Assembly (NCBI GenBank): GCA_001795035.1
Contig: MGMW01000032.1
Span: 1-35,741, forward strand
DNA: 35,741 nucleotides
Source of the DNA: Chloroflexi bacterium RBG_13_53_26
GTDB lineage: Bacteria; Chloroflexota; Dehalococcoidia; UBA2247; RBG-13-53-26
Direction of reading: 5' to 3'
Below are positions 7,221 through 15,888 of the stretch, piece after piece. The stretch's first letter is position 1. Each line of letters opens with the position of its first letter. Below the pieces are notes generated by a model that made no database searches, was not told the DNA's origin, and worked only from the letters and a program-made list of their open reading frames with translations. A program made the translations under genes and the position numbers.

Positions 7221-9887
7221 GTGACCGGTGACGAACTAAGAAAAGCTTTCCTCAGTTTCTTCGAAGGGAAGGGGCATACCGTTATCCCCAGTTCCTCTCT
7301 GGTGCCTCATGGCGATCCCACGCTGCTGCTGACCACTGCCGGCATGGTGCAGATTAAGCCCTATTTTCTGGGTCTGGCCACCCCTCCCAATCCCCGCCTC
7401 GCCTCATGTCAGAAGTGCTTCCGTACCACGGATATCGACTCTGTGGGAGATGCCAAGCACCTCACCTTCTTCGAAATGCTGGGCAACTTCAGTGTGGGTG
7501 ATTACTTCAAGAAGGAGGCCATCGAGTGGGCCTGGGAGTTTGTTACTCAGCGGCTGAGATTGCCCCCTGACCGGCTGTGGATAACCATATTCCTTGACGA
7601 TGAGGAGGCTCTTGGGTACTGGCGGCGAACAGGGGTTGCTGTCGAGAGGATCATGAGACTGGGCGAAAAGCACAACTACTGGGGACCGGCAGGTGATTCC
7701 GGACCCTGCGGCCCCTGCAGTGAGATTCACTATGATTTCGGTGCGGAATTCGGCTGTGGCAAATCTGACTGCGGGCCGGCATGCGACTGCGATCGATTCT
7801 CCGAGATATGGAATCTGGTATTCACCCAGTATGATCAGGACAAAGAAGGACGTCGTACTCCATTGCCCAGGCCCAACATAGACACCGGCATGGGTTTGGA
7901 GCGCATAGCCGCTGTGATGCAGGGCAAGAGGTCGGTATATGAGACTGACCTGTTTGCACCCATACTGGCCAGGGTAACGGAGATCTCGGGAAAGAGATTT
8001 GGACAGGATGACGGTATTGACAGGGCCATCAAGATAATTGCTGAACATATTCGGGGCATCACTTTTCTTATTGCGGATGGAGTGGTTCCGGGCAATGAGG
8101 GAAGGGGCTACGTCCTGCGCAGGTTGCTGCGCCGTACCTGCCTCTTTGGCAGGAAGCTGGGGCTTGAAGAGCCTTTTCTGGTTGTTCTGGCAGACTTTGT
8201 TATTGAGAAGATGGGGCATGTCTATTCTGAACTCAAGGCAAACCGGGAGCCAATCCTTAATGGTGTAGATAATGAAGAGAGGAGGTTTGGACAGACACTC
8301 ACTGTTGGGTTGAACTGGCTTGAAAGAGTGATGGAGAAAGCAGAGGCGGAGAACAACAGGGGAATACGGGGCGAGGATGTCTTCATGCTCTATGATACGT
8401 ATGGCTTTCCGAAGGAATTGACTGTTGAGGTAGCATCCGAGCGCGGTTTCTCCGTTGATCTGGCGGGGTTTGAGCGGGAGATGGAGCAGCAGAGAGAACG
8501 GGCCAGGGCAGCCGCAAAGTTCAACGCAGGCGGTGGCACGGAAGGGAAGTCCTATGAGCAGTTGAGCATTTCGCAAACCCGCTTCGTTGGCTATGATCAG
8601 TGGAAACACGACTCTCTGGTGATAGGGTTGGTGGTGAACGGGAGACCTGCAGATTTTGCATCCGAAGGTGAAGATGCAGAGGTAATTCTACAGGAAACGC
8701 CCTTTTACGGAGAGATGGGTGGTCAAGTAGGAGACAGAGGTGAGATACGAGGTGAGCATGGTAGGGTGTCTGTCAGGCAGACTATCAGGCCACTGCCCGA
8801 GCTCACTGTCCATCAGGGCAAGGTTGCTCAGGGACGTATTTCAGTGAATGATAGTGTGGAGGCTGAAGTTGACATGCCACGCCGTCTGGATATTGCCCGG
8901 AACCACACTGCGACCCATTTGCTGCAGTCTGCCTTGAGGGCAGTCCTGGGACAGCACATTCGTCAGTCTGGCTCTCTGGTCAGTCCTGATGGATTCAGAT
9001 TTGACTTCACAAACCCTGAACCGGTGGGAAGACAGCGACTTCTGGATATCCAGCACTTGGTGAATGAGAAGATAAGGGAGAACCTGCCGGTTCTGGTCAG
9101 GTCCACTTCCTACAGAGAGGCGGTCTCTGTCGGTGCTATTGCCCTGTTTGGCGAAAAGTATGGCGATGTGGTTCGCATGGTGCAGACCGGCGACCCACCA
9201 TTCAGCATCGAGTTGTGCGGTGGCACCCATGTGCGGTCGACGGGAGAGATCGGTATCTTGCATATCACCAGTGAGGGGAGTATTGGCAGTGGACTGCGGC
9301 GCATCGAGGCGGTCACCGGAAGAGGAGCTGAGAGATTCCTCGAGCAGCGGCTGACTGTGGTGGAAGCCCTGGCTCAGGAGTTACAGACGTCGCCTGACAA
9401 TGTCCAGTCCAGAGTCTCAACAGTGCTGGCTGAGTTGGACAGGGAGTGCAAGCGGGTATCCGAGGTGGAACGAGAGCTGGCCAGAAAGACAGTGGGGTCA
9501 CTGCTGTCTCAGGTGGAGGTGGTCAATGGCATACAAGTCCTCTTGGCCAGGGTGTCAGCTACCAGTTCAGAGGCCATGCGAGAGATGGGTGATCGGCTCA
9601 AGGCGGAACTCGGGAGTGGAGTGATTATCTTGGGTGCAGTTGTGAATGGTAGGCCAATCAGCATGGCTATGGTTACCCCTGACTTGATAGGGAAAGGATT
9701 TCATGCTGGACAGATTGTGAAAGAGATGAGTAAGGTGACTGGTGGTGGTGGTGGTGGTAGACCCGAGTTTGCGCAGGGCAGTGGCAAGGATGCCACAAAG
9801 TTGGATGAGGGACTGAAGCAGGCTCGGCACTTCATTGAGCTTCATTACGACAAGGACTCCGGCACGTGGAAGAGGGATATTGGCTGA
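7221..9887 (+). CDS. alaS: alanine--tRNA ligase
   Basis: 888 aa. N-terminus ELRKAFLSFFEGKGHTVIPSSSLVPHGDPTLLLTTAGMVQ. Editing-domain motifs HTATHLL and CGGTHV. C-terminal DHHA1 motif GGGGGGRPEFAQGSG. Confidence 0.97.
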   Translation: MTGDELRKAFLSFFEGKGHTVIPSSSLVPHGDPTLLLTTAGMVQIKPYFLGLATPPNPRLASCQKCFRTTDIDSVGDAKHLTFFEMLGNFSVGDYFKKEAIEWAWEFVTQRLRLPPDRLWITIFLDDEEALGYWRRTGVAVERIMRLGEKHNYWGPAGDSGPCGPCSEIHYDFGAEFGCGKSDCGPACDCDRFSEIWNLVFTQYDQDKEGRRTPLPRPNIDTGMGLERIAAVMQGKRSVYETDLFAPILARVTEISGKRFGQDDGIDRAIKIIAEHIRGITFLIADGVVPGNEGRGYVLRRLLRRTCLFGRKLGLEEPFLVVLADFVIEKMGHVYSELKANREPILNGVDNEERRFGQTLTVGLNWLERVMEKAEAENNRGIRGEDVFMLYDTYGFPKELTVEVASERGFSVDLAGFEREMEQQRERARAAAKFNAGGGTEGKSYEQLSISQTRFVGYDQWKHDSLVIGLVVNGRPADFASEGEDAEVILQETPFYGEMGGQVGDRGEIRGEHGRVSVRQTIRPLPELTVHQGKVAQGRISVNDSVEAEVDMPRRLDIARNHTATHLLQSALRAVLGQHIRQSGSLVSPDGFRFDFTNPEPVGRQRLLDIQHLVNEKIRENLPVLVRSTSYREAVSVGAIALFGEKYGDVVRMVQTGDPPFSIELCGGTHVRSTGEIGILHITSEGSIGSGLRRIEAVTGRGAERFLEQRLTVVEALAQELQTSPDNVQSRVSTVLAELDRECKRVSEVERELARKTVGSLLSQVEVVNGIQVLLARVSATSSEAMREMGDRLKAELGSGVIILGAVVNGRPISMAMVTPDLIGKGFHAGQIVKEMSKVTGGGGGGRPEFAQGSGKDATKLDEGLKQARHFIELHYDKDSGTWKRDIG

Positions 9888-9894
9888 CACCGTG

Positions 9895-10329
9895 ATGGAA
9901 GGCAGGGTTCTGGGGCTTGATGTCGGGGACAGGTGGATCGGGGTAGCAATGAGCGATCCCCGTGGGATTCTGGCCAGCCCCTTGACCCGAATCGATAGAG
10001 CAGGAGCAGAAGTACCTGTGGAAGCTATTCGTCGTTTGGTGAGCCAGCACGGGGTGAAACGTGTTGTAGCTGGGTTGCCCTACTCTATGGACGGGAGTCT
10101 GGGAAAACAGGCGGAGCTCATACTTGGTTTTCTGCGAAGACTATCTGAATCCCTGGAGGTTCCGATAGAGACCCGGGATGAGAGTTTGTCCACTGTGACC
10201 GCATCGAGGCGGCTGATCGAAGGTGGTGGGAAAAGGAGAAGCCGCAAGGAAAGGATAGATGCAGCAGCAGCAGCATTGGTCCTCCAAGAATATCTTGACG
10301 AGATACGCGTCCAGCAAGGACGGCCCTAG
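9895..10329 (+). CDS. ruvX: Holliday junction resolvase-like / pre-16S rRNA nuclease RuvX (YqgF)
   Basis: MEGRVLGLDVGDRWIGVAMSD and VVAGLPYSMDGSLG are YqgF signatures. ATG 9895 (or GTG 9892) lies just after the alaS stop at 9887, so the track's 9835 start inside alaS is unlikely. Confidence 0.9.
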   Translation: MEGRVLGLDVGDRWIGVAMSDPRGILASPLTRIDRAGAEVPVEAIRRLVSQHGVKRVVAGLPYSMDGSLGKQAELILGFLRRLSESLEVPIETRDESLSTVTASRRLIEGGGKRRSRKERIDAAAAALVLQEYLDEIRVQQGRP

Positions 10330-10457
10330 GGCTTGACCTGCCATCGGGTTGAAGAGGGAACATACTGCCGGGATGATCTTCGCCTGGCCTCTGGTTCTGT
10401 CGTAGCTTTTCGCCTCCAGACCAGAACGCTGGGTTCAACAATGAGGATGGGTTTTCG

Positions 10458-11309
10458 TTGATGAGCAGGACCGTATTTCTTATCGGCCACCCTCTGAGGC
10501 ACTCCATTTCCTCTGCATTTCAGCAGGCCGCCTTCGATCATTGTCATCTCGATGTTCGCTATGAGAATTGTGAGACGGAACTGCTGCAACTGGAGACAAG
10601 GATCAGGAATCTGCGCCAACCCTCGACCCTGGGGGCGAATGTAACCATACCTTACAAGGAAAAGGTGGTTCCCTTGCTCGATGAACTGGATGTGCTTGCA
10701 GCACGGATCGGCGCAGTCAATACCGTTGTCAATCGGGAGGGCAGACTTCTCGGTTTCAATACCGATGCGCCTGCTTTCATAAGGGCCTTGCGACAGGATG
10801 CCGGTTTCGAATGTCATGGGAAGAACGCGGTGCTCCTGGGCGCTGGTGGCGTGGCCAGAGCCATTGGCTTTGCTCTTGTCCAAGAAGGGGTGAGGTGTCT
10901 GGCTGTGGCCAATCGTACGCATGAGCGTGCTGAGGCACTGGCAGCTTTCTTGAGTGGGTGGTGTGGAGATGATACCAGAGTGGTTACCCTGCCGTGGGAA
11001 GGGCTTGGACATGCACCGAGTGATTATGCCCTGCTGGTCAACTGCACGTCCGTGGGGATGAGGCACAGCATGACGGAGGGCGAAAGCCCACTCGAAGCGA
11101 ATGCGATTCAGAAGGGTGCTCTAATCTGCGACCTGGTGTATAATCCTGAAGAAACACCCCTGCTGAAGGAAGCCAAGAAAGCCGGGGCATTGGTCCTGGG
11201 GGGTTTGGCGATGCTCATCTATCAGGGCGCAGCTTCGTTTGAGTTGTGGGTGGGGAGAGAAGCTCCACTTGACATAATGTTCAGCAGTGCCAGAGAGGTT
11301 CTGCGTTAG
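10458..11309 (+). CDS. aroE: shikimate dehydrogenase
   Basis: FLIGHPLRHSISSAFQQAAF (substrate-site S-x-S), NVTIPYK, NTD and the GAGGVARA Rossmann motif. Start is TTG 10458 or ATG 10461. Confidence 0.9.
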   Translation: MMSRTVFLIGHPLRHSISSAFQQAAFDHCHLDVRYENCETELLQLETRIRNLRQPSTLGANVTIPYKEKVVPLLDELDVLAARIGAVNTVVNREGRLLGFNTDAPAFIRALRQDAGFECHGKNAVLLGAGGVARAIGFALVQEGVRCLAVANRTHERAEALAAFLSGWCGDDTRVVTLPWEGLGHAPSDYALLVNCTSVGMRHSMTEGESPLEANAIQKGALICDLVYNPEETPLLKEAKKAGALVLGGLAMLIYQGAASFELWVGREAPLDIMFSSAREVLR

Positions 11310-11312
11310 GGC

Positions 11313-11561
11313 GTGGATTTGCCAGTGGCATCGAAACTTGTGGCGGTTTATATTGGGATCTACATGGAAGCACAGATAATGAAGTCGCATCTGGAAAGCG
11401 AGGGCATTCCTGCCATCCTGAGATATGAGGGTGCTGGTCTGATATATGGTATCACGGTTGATGGCATGGGTGAGACTACTGTTTTGGTACCAGACCATCT
11501 GTCTGAAGAAGCAAAGGAGATTCTGAAGGTTCAGGAGGTTGAGGGAGGCAATGATGCCTAG
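11313..11561 (+). CDS. DUF2007 (putative signal-transducing, PII-like fold) small protein
   Basis: 82 aa. 'LVAVYIG..EAQIMKSHLESEGIPAIL' followed by a second beta-alpha unit matches my recollection of DUF2007. It starts 3 nt after the aroE stop and overlaps the aroC start. The start codon is uncertain (GTG 11313, TTG 11319 or GTG 11325). Confidence 0.5.
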   Translation: MDLPVASKLVAVYIGIYMEAQIMKSHLESEGIPAILRYEGAGLIYGITVDGMGETTVLVPDHLSEEAKEILKVQEVEGGNDA

Positions 11562-12717
11562 ATTCCGGTTCCTGACTGCCGGCGAGTCGCACGGCAAAGG
11601 GTTAACGGTGATCATTGATGGTGTGCCAGCAGGGTTGACCCTTGACGAGGACCAGGTAGCCAGTGAGCTGAAGAGACGGCAATGCGGGTATGGGCGAGGC
11701 TCTCGGATGAAGATAGAGCAAGACAGAGCGGAGATTCTATCGGGAGTGCGCCACGGAGTGACAACAGGGAGTCCCATAAGCCTCCTAATATGGAACCGTG
11801 ATTGGGAGAACTGGAGAGAGGTTATGGCTGTTTCTGCCGCCGAGGAGGAAACAGCACGGGTAACCCGCCCTCGACCGGGACATGCCGATCTGGCTGGAGC
11901 CATAAAATATGGCTTGAATGACATTCGTCCCGTCATGGAACGGGCCAGTGCAAGGGAAACAGCAGCCAGGGTCGCTGCCGGTGCAGTCGCGCGGAGATTC
12001 GTTGAAGAAATTGGAGTGGAGATTCACAGCCACACGCTGGCCATAGGCGGAGAATGGACAAATACACGAGGTTCTATAGATTGGCAACAAGTGGAGAGAT
12101 CTGCGGTTCGTTGTGCCGATGCCGAAGCGGAAAAGGGCATGATAGCGGCAATTGATAGGGCGATCTCTTCGGGTGACACGGTGGGTGGGGTCTGTGAAAT
12201 CATCGCTTCGGGCGTGCCTGTGGGGCTAGGGAGTCATGTTCAATGGGATCGTCGATTGGACGGAATAGTCGCGCAGGCAGTTATGAGCATCAATTCAGTC
12301 AAGGGAGTAGAGATTGGGGATGGCTTCAAGCTAGCGAATCTCAAAGGTTCCGAGGCTCATGATGTTATTGAAGTGAGCCAAAGGTCTCCTTATCCTTGGA
12401 GCCGGCCTACCAACCATGCCGGAGGTATTGAGGGAGGAATAAGCAATGGCGAGCCTGTTATAGTGAGGGCTGCAGTGAAGCCCATTCCCACTCTTGGTAA
12501 GCCGTTGCCTTCACTGGACTTATCTACGTGGGAAACAGTTGAAGCTCATTTCGAGCGCAGTGACGTCTGCGTTGTTCCGTCGGTGGGAGTAATAGCGGAA
12601 GCCATGCTGGCAATTGTTCTAGCTGACGCTCTCCTGGAGAAGTTTGGCGGAGACAGTATGGAAGAGACAAAACGTAACCACAGCAACTACTTAGATTCGA
12701 TCCAGAGACGGAGATGA
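11551..12717 (+). CDS. aroC: chorismate synthase
   Basis: FRFLTAGESHGKGLTVIIDGVPAG, RPGHADL and SARETAARVAAGAV. GAGGGAGG precedes ATG 11551 (ATG 11554 is also possible). Confidence 0.95.
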   Translation: MMPRFRFLTAGESHGKGLTVIIDGVPAGLTLDEDQVASELKRRQCGYGRGSRMKIEQDRAEILSGVRHGVTTGSPISLLIWNRDWENWREVMAVSAAEEETARVTRPRPGHADLAGAIKYGLNDIRPVMERASARETAARVAAGAVARRFVEEIGVEIHSHTLAIGGEWTNTRGSIDWQQVERSAVRCADAEAEKGMIAAIDRAISSGDTVGGVCEIIASGVPVGLGSHVQWDRRLDGIVAQAVMSINSVKGVEIGDGFKLANLKGSEAHDVIEVSQRSPYPWSRPTNHAGGIEGGISNGEPVIVRAAVKPIPTLGKPLPSLDLSTWETVEAHFERSDVCVVPSVGVIAEAMLAIVLADALLEKFGGDSMEETKRNHSNYLDSIQRRR

Positions 12718-13565
12718 CTAGGCTTGGGTTTCATTGCCATGGTTTAGACCATTTTGAGAAGGTAATAGTATCCAATGGCTTGAAGCGGGGAGAATTCTAC
12801 AATTTCGTACCGCAGAGCCTGCCCGACCTGAGAAAGGAAATACAGCGCCACAATCTGGCGTCAAGTATTCATGCCCCTCTGATAAGGGTTCCCTGGTACC
12901 CTACTCCACCCACTCTGTCCTTTCTATGTGATATTGACGTGGAAATGAGGCAGCTCAGCCTGAGGATGGTTCAAGAAACAATGGAGCTAGCCGAGGATTT
13001 TGGTGCTGACTATGTAGTAGTCCATTTCCCATCTCCTCCTTCAAGGGAGGTGCCTGGTATTGGATATGATGAAATGAGAGAAATCGCCTGGCAGAGCGCT
13101 CGTTCTTTGTCGGAGCTTAGCCAGAAGCATGGCGTACCGATTCACATCGAGGGTTTTGGCCCCAGCCCATTCTTAGCACCTGATTTCATAGTCGAAGTGA
13201 CCAGCAAACTTAGGGGACTGCTCTACTGTTTCGATATCGGACATATGCATATTGCTTCCAAGCGTGATGGCTTCGACCTCTATCAGTTTGCGCAGAGGCT
13301 GGCGCCATACATTGGTTCTGTTCACATGTGGAACAACCGGGGTATTCGGGATTACCTTTCCTTCGGACATATCCCGTTACACCCATGTCAGAAACCTGAG
13401 GATGGCTGGATGGATATTGAGAGTATTTTGCGATTGATAGTACCCAGCAATCCTGCCTGCCGCTTGATTCTTGAGAGCTCTTCTCTCTACCCGGATGCAT
13501 TGGGAGGACATGATTTTCGAGACGGAGTGAAATGGGTAAGGGGTCTCATAGCCGCATTATCCTGA
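12714..13565 (+). CDS. xylose-isomerase-like TIM-barrel protein (sugar phosphate isomerase/epimerase, AP-endonuclease-2 superfamily), function unknown
   Basis: 283 aa. It shows the fold's pattern of metal-ligand positions (HAP..., VVVHFP, IHIEGF, CFDIGHMH, VHMWNN, LILES). The ATG overlaps the aroC stop (ATGA at 12714..12717). The 3' end overlaps the aroK-aroB start by 34 nt. Confidence 0.8.
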   Translation: MTRLGFHCHGLDHFEKVIVSNGLKRGEFYNFVPQSLPDLRKEIQRHNLASSIHAPLIRVPWYPTPPTLSFLCDIDVEMRQLSLRMVQETMELAEDFGADYVVVHFPSPPSREVPGIGYDEMREIAWQSARSLSELSQKHGVPIHIEGFGPSPFLAPDFIVEVTSKLRGLLYCFDIGHMHIASKRDGFDLYQFAQRLAPYIGSVHMWNNRGIRDYLSFGHIPLHPCQKPEDGWMDIESILRLIVPSNPACRLILESSSLYPDALGGHDFRDGVKWVRGLIAALS

Positions 13566-15196
13566 TCGGCTTCTCCACCACAGGGAAGTCGGAAGCAGCG
13601 CGGAAGATTGCCAGTCACCTTGGCTGGGGCTTGGTGGATACTGATGAAGAAATAACCAAGCTTACTGGCAGGAACATTCCGGAGATCTTTGCTCAGGATG
13701 GTGAAGACCATTTCCGGGAGATGGAACAGCAGGTTCTGGCCAAGGCATGTGAGAAAACAAGGGTAGTAATTGCCTGTGGTGGCGGAGCAGTCATTGACTC
13801 TCATAACCGTCAACTGATGAAAGGAAGCGGCTTTGTGGTCTGTCTTGAAACCAACCCTGAAATGATTTATCAGCGGCTGTTGAAGGATACTGAAGTTTCC
13901 GGGAACATTCGTCCTCTTCTGGCAGTTCCCGATCCACTTGAGCGAATCAGGCAATTGAAGGAATCACGTCAGCACTATTATGCCATTGCCGACTGGACAG
14001 TGCACACTGACAATTTGATTTTGGAGGAAGTGCAGCAGGAGGTACTCCGAGGTTGGTACTACTGGAATCGTGCTGATCAAGAAGAGAAGAGTCGGTGTTG
14101 GGAAGGTGATCTTGCCTGTGAAGTAGTGACAACCGCTGCACACTACCCTGTCTATGTTGGTTGGGGTTTACTTCAAGGTATTGGGCAAAAAGTGGCTCGG
14201 GCCGGGCTGTCAGGGGCTGCATATCTAATCAGTGACGAAAAGGTTTTCTCTATCTATGGTGACACTGTAACAAAAAGCCTTCAGAGTGCGGGTGTCTCGA
14301 CCCAGTGCTTTGTGGTGACTCCTGGCGAAACGACTAAGACGCTGGATACTGCTGCCAGTATCTATGACTGGCTGATAGACTGCAGAGCCGAGAGAAGTGA
14401 CATTGTTATTGCTCTGGGTGGAGGCGTTATCGGTGACCTTGCCGGTTTCGTTGCTGCTACATTCCTAAGAGGTTTGCCTCTGGTGCAGGTACCCACGAGC
14501 TTGATTGCTATGGTGGATGCTGCTATAGGTGGGAAGACTGCAGTCAATCATCCCAGTGCCAAGAATCTCATTGGTGTCTTCTATCAGCCGTGTTCAGTAA
14601 TAGCTGATATTCAGACACTGACTACTCTTGACAGAAGGGAGCTGGTCTCTGGATGGGCAGAGGTAGTTAAGCATGGGATTGTTCTTGATCCAGAGTTGTT
14701 TGCTTTGTCGGAGACCAATATCGAAAAACTGCTGGGATTGGATACGGAGATCACTGCCGAAGCTATAGGGCGCAGTGTGGCTATCAAAGCCAGGATTGTG
14801 AGTGAGGATGAAAGGGAGCGCGGCAGGCGTATTCTGCTGAACTACGGACATACCATAGGTCATGCCCTTGAAGCGGCGACTGACTATGAGCGCTTTCTTC
14901 ATGGCGAGGCTGTAGCTGTAGGTATGATGGGTGCGGCTATGTTAAGTCATAACCTGGGGCTACTGCCTGGTGAGATAGTGGAGGAGCAGCGTGCACTTCT
15001 GCAGAATCTTGGCTTGCCTACTCATTGCTCTGGCGTAGATATGAACACAGTCCTGGACATCATGGAGTTGGACAAAAAGGTGAAGGGTAAGGCGGTGAGG
15101 TGGGTGCTTCTGGAAGGGGTTGGGAAACCTGTGGTCAGAGATGATGTCGTTGGAGAGCGGGTCATGGAGGTGCTCAGTAGGTTATTGAGGGACTAA
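13532..15196 (+). CDS. aroK-aroB: bifunctional shikimate kinase / 3-dehydroquinate synthase (fusion)
   Basis: The N-terminus IILIGFSTTGKSEAARKIASHLGWGLVDTDEEI carries the P-loop and DTD of AroK. The C-terminal about 360 aa has GGGVIGDLAGFVAATFLRGLPLVQVPTSLIAMVDAAIGGKTAVN and LNYGHTIGHALE (AroB). Confidence 0.92.
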   Translation: MGKGSHSRIILIGFSTTGKSEAARKIASHLGWGLVDTDEEITKLTGRNIPEIFAQDGEDHFREMEQQVLAKACEKTRVVIACGGGAVIDSHNRQLMKGSGFVVCLETNPEMIYQRLLKDTEVSGNIRPLLAVPDPLERIRQLKESRQHYYAIADWTVHTDNLILEEVQQEVLRGWYYWNRADQEEKSRCWEGDLACEVVTTAAHYPVYVGWGLLQGIGQKVARAGLSGAAYLISDEKVFSIYGDTVTKSLQSAGVSTQCFVVTPGETTKTLDTAASIYDWLIDCRAERSDIVIALGGGVIGDLAGFVAATFLRGLPLVQVPTSLIAMVDAAIGGKTAVNHPSAKNLIGVFYQPCSVIADIQTLTTLDRRELVSGWAEVVKHGIVLDPELFALSETNIEKLLGLDTEITAEAIGRSVAIKARIVSEDERERGRRILLNYGHTIGHALEAATDYERFLHGEAVAVGMMGAAMLSHNLGLLPGEIVEEQRALLQNLGLPTHCSGVDMNTVLDIMELDKKVKGKAVRWVLLEGVGKPVVRDDVVGERVMEVLSRLLRD

Positions 15197-15260
15197 TTCC
15201 TTCTGAGGCTGTGCCTTGAGAAGATGGCAGGGATTTGAGTCTGTGTGAAGGGAGAGAGCG

Positions 15261-15824
15261 GTGAAAGAGAGTGTGAAAGGCACGACGATTCTGGCGGTAA
15301 GACGGGGTGCCCATGTGGCCATTGCTGGCGATGGGCAGATTACGACGGGCGATGTGGTGTTGAAACGTGGTGCCAAGAAAGTACGTACTCTATATCATGA
15401 TCAGGTTATTGCTGGCTTTGCTGGCTCTGTGGCTGACGCATTGACGCTGTTTGAGAGGTTTGAGATCGAGCTCGAAAAGTATGGGGGGCAACTAAGGCGT
15501 GCAGCGATAGAGCTGGCCAAGGAGTGGCGCACCGATCGTGTGCTACGTCGCCTGGAAGCTTGGCTCATCGTCGCAGATATAAACGAGATGCTGGTGATTT
15601 CAGGTGAGGGCGATGTGATAGAGCCTGATGAGGACGTGGTGGCTATAGGTTCGGGAGGGGGCTACGCTCTGGCTGGAGCCAAGGCTCTGCTTCAGCACTC
15701 CGATCTTGATGCGGAGGCAATAGCGCGCACCAGCATGGAGATTGCTGCAGACATTTGCATATATACCAACAGCAATATAACTGTTATTAGCCTTGGCGAG
15801 GCGACGAGCCAGGCTACCTCATAA
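15261..15824 (+). CDS. hslV: ATP-dependent protease subunit HslV (proteasome-like Thr peptidase)
   Basis: [38 protein letters not shown] aligns with E. coli HslV [38 protein letters not shown]. GSGG motif is present. GTG start (15261 or 15273) leaves a short propeptide before Thr-Thr. Confidence 0.9.
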   Translation: MKESVKGTTILAVRRGAHVAIAGDGQITTGDVVLKRGAKKVRTLYHDQVIAGFAGSVADALTLFERFEIELEKYGGQLRRAAIELAKEWRTDRVLRRLEAWLIVADINEMLVISGEGDVIEPDEDVVAIGSGGGYALAGAKALLQHSDLDAEAIARTSMEIAADICIYTNSNITVISLGEATSQATS

Positions 15825-15888
15825 TTATTCCGAAAGCCTGGACAGGAAATCGAAGTAATTGTGCCTGTAACGAGGCGGGAAGGTAACC

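Noticed and set aside
7404-8609. 401-aa minus-strand ORF inside alaS. Similar long antisense ORFs are 6319..7146 (-), 2210..2992 (-), 10326..11066 (-), 11121..11936 (-), 13487..13954 (-), 24026..24886 (+), 25537..26280 (+) and 31427..32143 (-).
   Set aside because: All lie antisense to genes with unmistakable family signatures. They have skewed compositions (rich in R/P/S/C/H/Q) and no recognisable motifs. They are typical shadow ORFs of moderately GC-rich coding DNA.
9741-9758. (GGT)6 microsatellite in alaS, and (GCA)5 at 10261..10275 in ruvX
   Set aside because: Both are in frame and encode a conserved feature or harmless tract. These are the GGGGGG of the AlaS C-terminal GGGGG(R/K)P motif and an AAAAA tract. 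They are explained by coding constraints. There is only minor slippage potential.
10330-10457. 128-nt region upstream of aroE as a possible T-box or attenuator for aromatic amino-acid control
   Set aside because: Only a weak TCTGGT...ACCAGA pairing is visible. There is no specifier or T-box consensus, and no Trp/Phe/Tyr-rich leader peptide.
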